In this document: one piece after another, positions 12,401 through 22,844 of the stretch
How positions within the stretch are numbered: the stretch's first letter is position 1
How the letters are laid out: the number at the start of each line of letters is the position of its first letter
Assembly: GCA_002104905.1 (NCBI GenBank)
Contig: MCFE01000002.1
Location: 186,001 to 250,000 of the forward strand
DNA: 64,000 nt
Reading direction: 5' to 3'
Source of the DNA: Basidiobolus meristosporus CBS 931.73
Taxonomy: Eukaryota; Fungi; Basidiobolomycota
The notes under the pieces: generated by a model
What the model was told of the DNA's origin: nothing
Database searches by the model: none
The model's input: only the letters and a program-made list of their open reading frames with translations
Position numbers and translations under genes: made by a program

Positions 12401-13170
12401 AGTGGGTAGAAGCCCAAGCCGTCTGCAATAAAGATCAGAAGACAACCGCCCAATTCATTCTAGAACACCTCATCTGCCGACACGGATATCCTCAGATACT
12501 CCTGTCCGACAATGGTGGTTCCTTCCTGAACAACACCATGGCCCACCTGTGCAAAATGATGGGCGTGAAACAAGTCTTCACGGCCGCGTATCACCCTCAG
12601 ACTAACGGATTAACTGAGAGGATGAACCAGACGTGTTGCTGCATACTGGAGAAGCTTCACTGGGAACTTCCCCAATCATGGGCCGAGCTGCTCCCACTGA
12701 CACTCCTAGCAATGCGCACCACACCAAATAAAACGACAGGTTTCTCCCCATATGAAATCCTATATGGACAAAGACCCAAGTGGCGGGAGGAAGCTGGATT
12801 GACAATGGAAGGTGTCCCCCTGACAACACATAACAACTATATAGAAAGGTTGATACACCGTATCGCCCACCTATACATAAAAGTATTCGAAAATGTTGAC
12901 AAGCACCTTCCCCCTCCACCCAAAAATGAGAAACTAACAAGACAAAAGTGGAAACCAGGCGATAAGGTGTGGTACGACCAAACTGTTGCAGGCCTCAAGT
13001 TCCGCCCACAATTTACACCCCAATGGATTGGCCCATGCACCGCTATCAGTTTGGACCACGGACCAAAGTACACCATCACCCTGAATAATAAGACAATCAG
13101 CAACGTAGCGCCAGCCCATCTGAAACTGTTTCATGATGATCCACCGATCATCACTGAGACCAAAGTGTGA
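9395..13170 (+). pseudogene. gypsy pol (protease, RT, RNase H, integrase; no chromodomain), disrupted
   Basis: [35 protein letters not shown]; CDGS...ECLAVV...TDHSAL; HHCC zinc finger; D-D(35)E; W.GP C-terminal motif. Stops at 9932 and 12019; frameshift near 10525. Confidence 0.96.
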
Positions 13171-13299
13171 TTAAACAATTATCAGGACAAGGATAGAGGA
13201 AGACACAGGATACATTTGAAGTTTATTAGAGGAGATTTTAGTCGATATAGGTACAAATAATATGCGCAAGGGAGTTTGCCCAAAGGGGAGAACAAAAGA

Positions 13300-14469
13300 A
13301 TGCATATGGAAAGCGCCAAAGGAAACAGTTCACCCAAAACTGGCGATACCCCTCCCACTAGCAAGAACCAAGATGATATCAAAAACGAAACCAACCTGCA
13401 AGTGTTAAGAGATATGGTACAAGCGTTACATACGACAAGAGCCACCTATGAAGAGTTGTTTGCCGGAGCAGTCATGCTAATACGAGACACAATCAGAGAG
13501 GGACGAGACAAGTTACCCACACCAATACAAAGCATGGAGATACTACCCGAGAAGACCGTGTACCACCTAAGAGGAGGTTCCTTGATCATTAAGGAGAAGG
13601 ATGCCACGCTGATTCCCATATCCATACTGGACACAGTCAGACAGAAGACACAAGGAATCAACTGTCGCGCCCTCACAAGACCTTGAGAGCCCCCCTGTTT
13701 TGTTGCATACTTGCCATTAATAGGTACCACGGTTGTTGAGGTATACACAGACCTGGTACGAGCTGCAAGAGCACCAGAAGTAGAACTCCCAATCAAAGGA
13801 CTCCTCCGAGAAATTTGCGAACATCTTGAACCACATTTCCAAGTAGGAACCATCTTAGAGAAGATACGCAAACGGATTAAATACACCGGCCAGTTAACCC
13901 ATGCAATCCACCGAGTTGCTGTGTTACAACTATTACAGTGGTTTACCATAGGACAACTCAGGAATCAGTACAAAGTCCAACTCCAAGAAGCCAAAGAAAC
14001 CGCCGCGGATTCTGTAGAAACCATGAGGCAAGTACAAAAGCGCCTCAATTGCGCCACAGTTTCTACGGAAGAACTACAATACGTCTCGGAAGAAGCAAAA
14101 ACTTGTTATCAACAACGGGTGACTGCCGACCAAGTGTACACCCTCTTCAAAAGGTCCCCCGCCGTCATATTGAACACAAAAAGGACAAGCCCCAATAACG
14201 TTTGCAAGATAAAGAAGCAAGACTTTATTGTGCTATTGCACCTTTTCTTGTTCTCCGACCCTCCCAAGGAACTTACCCAGAACCCTATGGTTTGCCAACT
14301 ATTTGGCTCTGTGGAAAACATCCCTCAAGCAACACAGGCCGCACCCCACTCTGCCGCCGAATGGTATCAGGTACTCGCCCACAATCCCCTTGCAAGTGAC
14401 AACCAGCAATGGTACTACGGTGACTCCCCATGCTCCGTAAACAAAATTGATCCTGGAGAAGCGAGTTAG
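13300..14469 (+). pseudogene. gypsy ORF3, unknown function (~389 codons, one in-frame TGA)
   Basis: ORFs 13276-13686 and 13711-14469 are in one frame, separated only by TGA 13684-13686; first ATG at 13300; ends 44 bp before the 3' LTR. Confidence 0.8.
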
Positions 14470-14513
14470 TCAAAGAACTTTGAGGATGAAGCTCCCACTT
14501 AACCCCCGGGATA

Positions 14514-14901
14514 TGTGAGTACTCAATGTAGTACCCACTCTTTGCCCAAGAGTTCTCCCAACAGTTCCCTCCAGAGTCCTACCCAAAGTCCTCCAGTACC
14601 CTCCCTATGATTCCCCCACGCGTCCTCCCCTCCTATCCCTGCCCTTATCTAGTTAGAACACTTACCATAACAGGAAGGTGCTCACACCCCTATTTTATAA
14701 CACATTGTCTATTGTCTAAGCCCCCCCCAAGTGATATATATATCTACCCAATTGAACCAGGAAGAACAACAAGATTTGGACGAAATAAACAGAAGTCTTT
14801 ATTACCTTGCTACCTTCTATTGGAAGCTATTCTGAACCAAGTGGTACTGACTTGACCTACAAGCTCTCCCACTCACCAAGTACAGTCAGTAATAACCCAC
14901 A
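14514..14901 (+). repeat. gypsy 3' LTR (388 bp)
   Basis: Matches 8127-8514 except one base; followed by TSD TACTG. Confidence 0.97.
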
Positions 14902-14906
14902 TACTG

Positions 14907-17149
14907 TACCATACTCCCTACAGCAAAATGGAGTAGCAGAACAAGCTAACAGATCAATAATTGATATGGCAAGATCTATGATCCATTATCAAAAATTATC
15001 ATATGATTTTTGGGCAGAATCAGTTGCCACTGCTGTATACCTTAAAAATAGGAGTTATAACAGAATACTTTGTGATTCTACTCCATTTGAAGCATGGCAT
15101 GGATACAGAGCAAGTGCAGAACATCTAAGAACATTTGGGTGTACAGCATATGCCAAAAAACTGGCCGGAAATCAGGCAAAATCTGAGCCAAAAAGTGTAA
15201 AATGCATATTTTTGGGCTACTGCAATGAGAGTAAGGCATACAGACTCTACAATACCAAAGCAAAGAAGCTGATCAAGTCCAGGGATGTGTTGTTTGATGA
15301 AAATTCAAGATTTTAACAAGAAATGACATCAGATGATGACAAAAATTTGATCTCAAGTCCACCAATTGTCAGGATTGAATCAGAGCAAAACAATGAAAAT
15401 TTTTTCACTCCAGTGGACTCTACAACCATGGTTCAGCCAGAATCAGTGCCCAGTAATATCCCAGAAGTGATCATTCCAGTATCAAATGCCGGGAGATCCA
15501 ATCAGACAAGAAATAGCCCAAATTACTATATCAATGAAGGTACAAACTTAGCCTATGCCTATTCAGTCCATATTGATGAACCCCAGACTGTAAAAGAGAC
15601 CCTAAATAGCCCTCAGGCAAAGTTTTGGAGATCTGCAATGACTGAGGAATATCAGGCTTTGATGGAAAATCAAACTTGGGACTTAGTCAAATTACCAATC
15701 AACCAGAAATCAATTGGATGCAGATGGGTCCTCAAGACAAAATACAAGGCTGATGATTCAATTGAAAGATACAAAGCAAGACTTGTAGCCAAAGGATACT
15801 CTCAAACAAAAGGACTTGACTATACTGAGACCTTTGCACCAGTAGCCAAGTTTAATTCCATCAGATTAATATTGGCTATTGCAGCCAAATATAAGTTTTT
15901 TATTCATCAAATGGATGTAAAAACTGCATTTTTGAATGGAGAACTTGATGAGGACATGTATATGAGCCGGCCTGATGGGCTTATCAACCAAGATACTCCC
16001 CATTTGGTCTGCAAGCTTAAAAAGTCAATATATGGTCTCAAACAATCACCAAGAGCCTGGAATTGCAAGATAGATTCTTATTTGGACTCTTAGAGTTTCA
16101 AAAGGAGTAATGCTGACTATAGTATATATTATAGGCCAGATAGAGCAAATCCAGTTCTATTAGCTCTATATGTGGATGATCTTATTATAGCCACCAATAA
16201 CCTAGCAACATTGGAAGAGACTAAATCCAGCCTATCTAAGGAGTTCAAGATGTCCAGTCTAGGAGAACTCAGTTACTACTTGGGGATTAAGTTCTCCACA
16301 GACAGAAGTACCCAGACTATCACCCTAAGCCAATCCAAGTATATTCAAGATATACTAAAGAAGTACCAAATGGAAGACTGTAAACCGGCAGCTACCCCAA
16401 TGGAGACAAACTTTAACTTGGTCAAAACTCAACCAAATCAAGAGAGCTTGGTGCCATCTGAAAGCCCTGACTTTCCTTATCAGTTCATGGTTGGCAGTCT
16501 GATGTATATCATGCTTGGAACACGTCCAGATATCTCATATTCAGTGGGAGTTGTCAGCCAACATAATCAGAATTATGGATCTGATCATATTGCAGCAGTT
16601 AAGTGGATTTTTAGATACCTAAAAGGAACTGCTGATATCTGCTTAAGATACACTTATAAGGATTCAGAACAGGATCTTGTGGGATACTCTGATGCTGATT
16701 GGGGACAAAATTTAGAAGACAGAAGATCCACCACAGGATACACCTTACTTTACTGTAAAGGAGCAACTTCATAGAACTCAAGAAAGCAACCAACCTTAGC
16801 ACTTTCCACCACAGAGGCAGAGTATATGGCAGCCGGTGAAGCTACAAAAGAAGCAATGTGGTTAAGAAAGCTTTTTACAGGTTTAGGCCTATGTCAAAAA
16901 ACACCTATTACTTTATTTCAAGATAATTAAAGATATATACAATTAGGTAGAAATCCAACTTTTCATGCCAGAACTAAGCACATAGATAGTAGATATCATT
17001 TCATATGTGAAGCTATAGAGAATAACTTAGTTAGCTTAGTTTACTGTCCTACAGATGAAATGATTGCAGACATATTTACCAAACCATTAGCTAGAGACAA
17101 GTTTGAGTATCTTAGGTCAAAATTAGGACTAGTCAGTATGAACCTTTAG
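14907..17149 (+). pseudogene. copia-1 pol, 3' part (integrase C-half, RT, RNase H)
   Basis: QQNGVAEQANR, KCIFLGY, RYKARLVAKGYSQ, QMDVKTAFLNG, LYGLKQSPR-like IYGLKQSPRAW, LYVDD, GYSDADW, EAEY, RTKHID, ADIFTKPL; several stops. Confidence 0.95.
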
Positions 17150-17160
17150 CTGAGTGGGAG

Positions 17161-17509
17161 TGTTGTAAAAATTTGTAATTCCACCTAAATATTCACCTAA
17201 CTTAGTCACTTAGATCATTACCCTCAAATCCTAGAGAATACTGACCAAATTCCTTGTTGGGATTTACTTGGATTATTTTCACCAAAATACCAGGTACCCA
17301 GAATATAAAAATTCTCAAAGTTGTCCAAACAGCCCCAAACTTTGCACACATGCTCTTGGGACCTTCCTTAGCCCAATCTATGTGTTTGTAGTGCCAAGAC
17401 CAGGTAAAAGTATAAGCACTACTCTTACATTCAATAAATCATTAGGTGAAAACCACATAATCTACTTGTTCTCCAAATCACTTCCAATATCTCCAAGACT
17501 CTTACAACA
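17161..17509 (+). repeat. copia-1 3' LTR (349 bp), preceded by PPT GAGTGGGAG (17152-17160)
   Basis: Aligned to the 5' LTR; followed by TSD CAATC. Confidence 0.95.
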
Positions 17510-17514
17510 CAATC

Positions 17515-18071
17515 AATATTTATATGCATATGCAACAATACAAATGCAAAGACTGGATGAACTAGATATGTGTTATTCAAGTGGCATTTTGAAGCCATTC
17601 CTACCAAGTGTGCATTGCAAGCATTGGGAGTCATATGTGGACATTGTAGGAATATTTATCCAGAAGCAGATCACCAATGCCAACTTGATGCATCTACAGC
17701 TATTGTGCAAGGAGTTTGTAATGGGATTTGAGCGGCTATACTGCTAATATTAAGCTGAACACATAGATCTCTGCTGCTACTGTATCCATTTTCTACTCCA
17801 TCTTGCATGGTGTGTGGAGAATATTTGGTCCTGCTTCACCTTTTGGGAGTTTCCTATGGAGCTGATGTGTGGGGAGATAGGAATACAAGTCAAGTTGCAG
17901 GTACTACCATATCCCAATCTCATCAAGAATATTACCTTCAAGTCCATCATGGATGTGATGAGTTGGCACATGGAGGGCAGCCAGAAAGAGTTGAAAAACA
18001 CTGAGGACAAGTGTTCACATGGAGACACCTATGCCTATGGCATTAAGATGCTAAGCAGCCCCAATGCATGA
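17515..18071 (+). pseudogene. CACTA/EnSpm transposase, 3' continuation after the copia insertion
   Basis: KHWESYVDIVGIFIQKQIT...EFVMGFERLY, IHFLLHLAWCVEN, FTFWEFPMELMCG, PYPNL: the H-L-H / W-FPMER / PY-NL pattern of CACTA transposase C-halves. Confidence 0.75.
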
Positions 18072-18896
18072 GTAATCAGTTAAGTAATGCAAAGTTGGGT
18101 TGGGTGCAACAAGCAACTAACTTTTATTAGGAAAACTCTACCAAGGTATGCCGGATTTCTCTTGGTCACAAGCTAACTTCTAGATCATTCAATACATAAT
18201 TCACACAGACAAGAGCCAGAGTGCACCTATAAAGGGGACTAGAATCCAGCAGGGAGAAGGAATATATTGGTTAAATACCATAAAGTTCCTTGCAAATGTT
18301 TGGGAGGTATTCATGGAAGAAGTGGTGGCAACCAAGCATATGTTTGCCAGATGTATATGTTACCAGCAATACAAGGTATATGGCAACTTTGCAAGCATCA
18401 CACTAAAAAGCCATAAAGTTGGGGTGATGGAAGTATGTCAATTGTGGCAGGTGTGCACATTTGTAGAGGTTAGTAAGCAGGAGGCCATATTTTTTTTGGA
18501 TTTCAACTATATATGTAATACCCAAGGTAGTAGTGGGTAAGCAAATAAAGAGGGGTGACTTTACAGTGGAATATATGAATTGCGCAAGGGGAGGTAGAAA
18601 AAGGAAACATCACTTGGTAAACTGGTGTGGTAGCATTATACAGAACTAGCTGTAGGCCACCATACTGCTATTATAATGACATCAGAGGCTTGCAAAGAGG
18701 CCATCAAACAATGTCAAGTTTTTGGCCATATAACACAATTGAATATACTGGCAAGTTAGATCCACTCCAATAATTGTAAAGTGCACTAAGACTGCAACAA
18801 TGCCATGCCACCCTTAGCAAAACACTGTGCAAACACTGTTATATTTTATCAACTTTATTTGGCTGTAAAATTAGCAAAGTGCTGTTGTGATCCCTG

Positions 18897-19716
18897 ACAG
18901 GATCTTGACATCTGATCTTGATTGGATCCACCCATGGGACCATACTATCTTTCATAGGGTACTGTAAAGGAGCAATTTCATGGAATTCAAGAAAGCAACC
19001 ATCCATAGCACTTTCTACCACAGAGGTGGAGTATATGGCAGCCTGTGAAGCTACAAAAGAAGCAATGTGGTTAAGCAAACTTTTTGAAGATTTAGGCTTA
19101 TATAAAAAAATGCCTATTACTTTATTTCAGGATATTCAAAGATGTATACAATTAGATAGAAATCCAGCTTTTTATGCTAGAACTAAGCACATAGATATTA
19201 CATATCATTTCATATATGAAGCTATAGTGAATTACTTAGTCAACTTAGCTTGCTGTCCTATAGATGATATGATTGCAGTCATATTCACCAAACCATTAGC
19301 TAGAGAGAAGTTCAAATATTTAAGTCAAGATTAGGACTGGTCAGTATGAACATTTAGATGAGTGGGGGTGTTGTAAAAATTTGTTATTCCACCTGAATAT
19401 TCACCTAGCTTAGTCACTTAGATCAATACCTCCAAATCCTAGAGAATACTGATCAAGATCCTTGTTGGGATTTGCTTAGATTATTTTCACCAAAATATCA
19501 GGTATCCCCAACATGAAAATTCTCAAAGTTGTTCAAAAGCCCCACACATTGCACACATGCTCTTGGGACCTTCCTAAACCTACTCTATGTGCTTGTTATG
19601 CCAAGCCCATGTAAATGTATAAATATTACCTTTGCAGTCAATAAATCATTAAGTAAAAAACACAAAATCTGCTTGTTCTCCCAATCACTTCCAGTATATC
19701 CAAGACTATTACAACA
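18897..19716 (+). mobile_element. 5'-truncated copy of the same copia family (RNase H end, PPT, LTR 19369-19716)
   Basis: SWNSRKQPSIALSTTEVEY, RTKHID, FTKPLAR; PPT GAGTGGGGG; 348-bp TGTTG...CAACA LTR homologous to the copia-1 LTRs. Confidence 0.9.
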
Positions 19717-21340
19717 TCTTCTACAGTCTGGGTCTCATCAATATGGACTGAATAGGCATAGGCTAAGTGTGTACCCTCATTGATGCAGTAATTTGGGCCA
19801 ATCTTGGTCCAGTTGGATCTCCTGGTTTAGGATACTGGAATGATCACTTCAGGGATATTCATGAGCACTGATTCAGGCTGAACCATAGTTGCAGAGCTCT
19901 CTGGAGTTAAATAGCTTGTATTGTTTTGCTCTGCCTCAATCCTGACTATTTGTGGACTTGAGATCAGATTTTTGTCATCAATTGATGACATTTTTTGTGA
20001 AAATTTTGCATATTCATCTAGCAACACATCCCTGACTTGCTCAGCTTCTTTTCTTTAGTATTGTAGAGTCTGCATGTCTTACTCTTATTGTAGTAGCCCA
20101 ACAATGTGGATTTACATTTTTTGGGCTCAGATTTTGACAGATTTCCAGGTAGTTTCTTTGCATATGCTGTACAACCAAATATCCTTTGATGTTCTGCACT
20201 TGGTCTGTATCCATACCTTTCTTCAAGTGGAGTAGAGTCTCAAAGTATTCTGTTATAACTCCTATTTTTAAGGTATACAGCTGTGTCAACAGATTCCACC
20301 TAAAAATCATAGAATGGCTTTTTCATCAGGCATCATTGATTATGACACATCAATTATTGATCTGTTTGCGCATTCTGCTACTACATTTTGCTGTGGGGAG
20401 TATGGTACAGTAGTCATATGCTTTATCCAATGAATTTGCAGCAGTGGATGAAGAGCTTTGAGGTGTATTCTCCACCATTGTCAGAGTGTGTTTTCTTGAT
20501 TTTTTCACCAGCTCCTCTCTCTGCCATTGCATAAGCTCCATGGATTTAGACAGAGCTGCTTTCTTTCTCTCCTTGAAGTAGACCTACATGTATCTAGTAT
20601 AATCATCAATAAAGTGATTGAACACTTCATCCCACCTAAGGATAAATTTTGCATAGGTGCACATAGATCTGAGTGAATTAGATCTAATTTTTCTTAGTTT
20701 TGATTAACCTACAGGTCTTGAACCATTGTCTGGCTTTTTCCCATCAATGCAAGTAATTAAAATTGATGTGTCCAAATCTCCTGTGCCATAGCATTGGTGC
20801 TTCTTCAATTAAGTTACATATATTGGCTTCTAGATATGATGGGATATATGTCAGCCTGTACAGATTCTGATCACTGATACCCAAAGCAATATGGGCTCTG
20901 TTTTGATTGGTGATCCTGCATCCAGAATTGTTAATGCTGAAACGGAGTCCTTCTGCTGTGACCTTGCTAACAGATAGTAGGTTCTTGGCTATTTCTTGTA
21001 CATAGAGTACTTCTTTAAAGGACAGTGTATGGCTTCCTTCACTGCTTCCAAGGTTTACTTGGATAGCTCCTTCTCCCTGCTGCATCAAGTATTCTATTGT
21101 TACCTATGAAAACATTCTTAATTGGAATTTCTTGATATTGAGTAAAAGTTCCTTTTGGTCTGTAAAGTGCTGAGATACTCCAGAGTCAATATACCACATA
21201 TGAGAAGCCTTGTTTATGACCATATTTAATGCAGATATGATTAGTCTATCTTCTGTTATTGCATTGTTTCCATATTCAGGCCTTTCCTGCTCACTATCTC
21301 TCTTTTTGGGGCATTAGTTGGATGTGTGTCCTTTCCTTTG

Positions 21341-22080
21341 GCAGTAGTTGCAGAACTGGTTGCTATTGCCTTTAAAGGGCTATGGGTATCTCCTTTGTTG
21401 GTTATTATTGCTTATTAAAGCATTTTCTTTTTCCTTCTTGTTGGTGCTTGACTTTGGTTAATTTTTCATCCAGCACCCTTGTATATATGTACTTGAGGTC
21501 AAATCTTCAGCTCTGAACTCTAGGGCAGATAAAAGGCCCTGAAACTTATCTGTCAGGCTATTCAAGATGGTAACTATCACATCCTCATCAGCAGTTGGTA
21601 TGCCACAGATTCCATCTCATCTACTAGCAGGGTAGTTCTCTTAACTAGATTTTTCATTTGTTCTCCTGGCAGCATCTTTGTAGTATATTTGTCTCAGATA
21701 CAATTTCTTACAGTAGTTTCAAAGCAGGTTGCTATTACCTTTAAAGGGTCATGGATACCTCCTTTGCTGGTCATCATCTCTTATTAAAGCATTTTCTTCT
21801 TCCTTCTTATTGGTGCTTGATTTTCTTGATTCTTCATCCAGGACCCTTCCATGTACATAATTTAAGGTCAAATCTTCAGTTCTGGACTCTAGAGCTGATA
21901 CAAGGCCCAGAAACCTGTCTGTCAGGCTATTCAGGATGATAACTATCACAACCTCATCAGTAGTTGGTATGCCCACTGATTCCATCTCATCCACCGGCAG
22001 GGTAATTCTGATAATTAGATTTTTCATTTGTACTCCTGGCAGCATCTCTGTAGTAAGGGACATTTGTCTAAGATACATTC
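21341..22080 (-). repeat. Diverged tandem duplication (~370 bp) of a gag segment
   Basis: ~21341-21708 and ~21709-22080 both encode the YLRQ...VSALESR...RRYP segment; the two copies differ at many positions. Confidence 0.85.
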
Positions 22081-22595
22081 TCTTAGCAGCTGAACATGGC
22101 TGGTAGTTGTCTTCTAATGCCTTCCATGCAATCTTTGTGGTTTTTGCTTGAACATTGAATTAGCAATTTGTCTTTAACATTGAGGCAAATGCAGTTAAAG
22201 GCACTTTATTCTTTCTTTTGGTACATGCAAGGCCACTGCTCCCGCATCTTTAGGAGGGCATTCTTCTCCTATGACAATATCTCAAAGCCCTCTTTCTTGT
22301 AGCAGCATCTTCATCTTCACCTTCCACACTTGATAGTTAGATACATCCAACTTTTCAGCAGAGGGAAAGTTTCAGTAATAGCAGTAGTAGACATTGCAGA
22401 GAGTAACAGCTTGGGGCTCATAACCTGTTGTAAGAGTCTTGGAGATATTGGAAGTGATTTGGAGAACAAGTAGATCATGTGGTTGTCACTTAATGATTTA
22501 TTGAATGTTAAAGTAGTATTTGTACTTTTACATGGCCTTGGCCTAACAAACATGTAGAATAGGCTTAGGAAGGTCACAAGAACATGTGTGCTGTG

Positions 22596-22610
22596 TAACC
22601 CTAACCCTAA
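22596..22610 (+). repeat. Telomeric-type repeat patch TAACCCTAACCCTAA inside a copia LTR
   Basis: Replaces ~30 bp that are present in the other three LTR copies. Confidence 0.7.
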
Positions 22611-22759
22611 GATTTTCATGTGCTGGGTACCTGATATTTTGGTGAAAATATTCTAAGTAAATCCCAACAAGGAATTTGGCCAGTATTCTCCAAGATTTGT
22701 TGGTAATGATCTAAGTGACCAAGGTGAATACTTAGGTGGAATTCCGAATTTTTGCAACA

Positions 22760-22844
22760 ACTATTACCTTCAATAAATCATTAAGTGAAAACCACACAAC
22801 CACTTCTTCCAATCATTACCAATATCTCTAATACTCTCACAGCA
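22760..22844 (+). repeat. Older 3'-end fragment of the same copia LTR
   Basis: caataaatcattaagtgaaaaccac...actctcacagca aligns to the LTR 3' end. Confidence 0.75.

Larger units (their letters stand above)
8127..14901 (+). mobile_element. Young Ty3/gypsy LTR retrotransposon with an extra 3' ORF, inserted in the copia integrase
   Basis: 388-bp LTRs at 8127-8514 and 14514-14901 differ at one site (8175 G vs 14562 C); TSD TACTG at 8122-8126 and 14902-14906; order gag-PR-RT-RH-INT. Removing the element restores copia GIRQETTV|PYSLQQNGVAE. Confidence 0.97.
6046..17509 (+). mobile_element. Full-length Ty1/copia LTR retrotransposon (copia-1), decayed, interrupted by a gypsy element
   Basis: TG...CA LTRs at 6046-6394 and 17161-17509; 5-bp TSD CAATC at 6041-6045 and 17510-17514; PBS and PPT present; domain order gag-PR-INT-RT-RH. 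Confidence 0.96.
19717..22759 (-). mobile_element. Inverted, 3'-truncated copia copy (LTR 22426-22759, PBS, gag, protease, integrase, spacer)
   Basis: Reverse-complement homology to 6046-8126 and 14907-15600; PBS at 22414-22425; breaks off at the start of RT where the + strand LTR abuts. Confidence 0.9.

Noticed and set aside
8709-13686. TGA recoding or programmed read-through explaining the repeated in-frame TGAs
   Set aside because: TGA is used as a normal stop by neighbouring genes, and parallel Arg>Gln/Cys changes point to CpG mutation.
13300-14469. Calling ORF3 an envelope gene
   Set aside because: No signal peptide, no TM anchor of adequate length and no cleavage motif; position alone is insufficient.
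2705-18535. CACTAC at 2705 and GTAGTG ending 18535 as CACTA termini
   Set aside because: Only 8 bp of inverted match, and the flanking 3-mers (CAT vs GGT) do not form a TSD.
6046-22844. Classical RIP (CpA>TpA)
   Set aside because: LTR differences are transition-rich but in mixed contexts, and CpG loss is the dominant visible pattern; a proper context count is needed.
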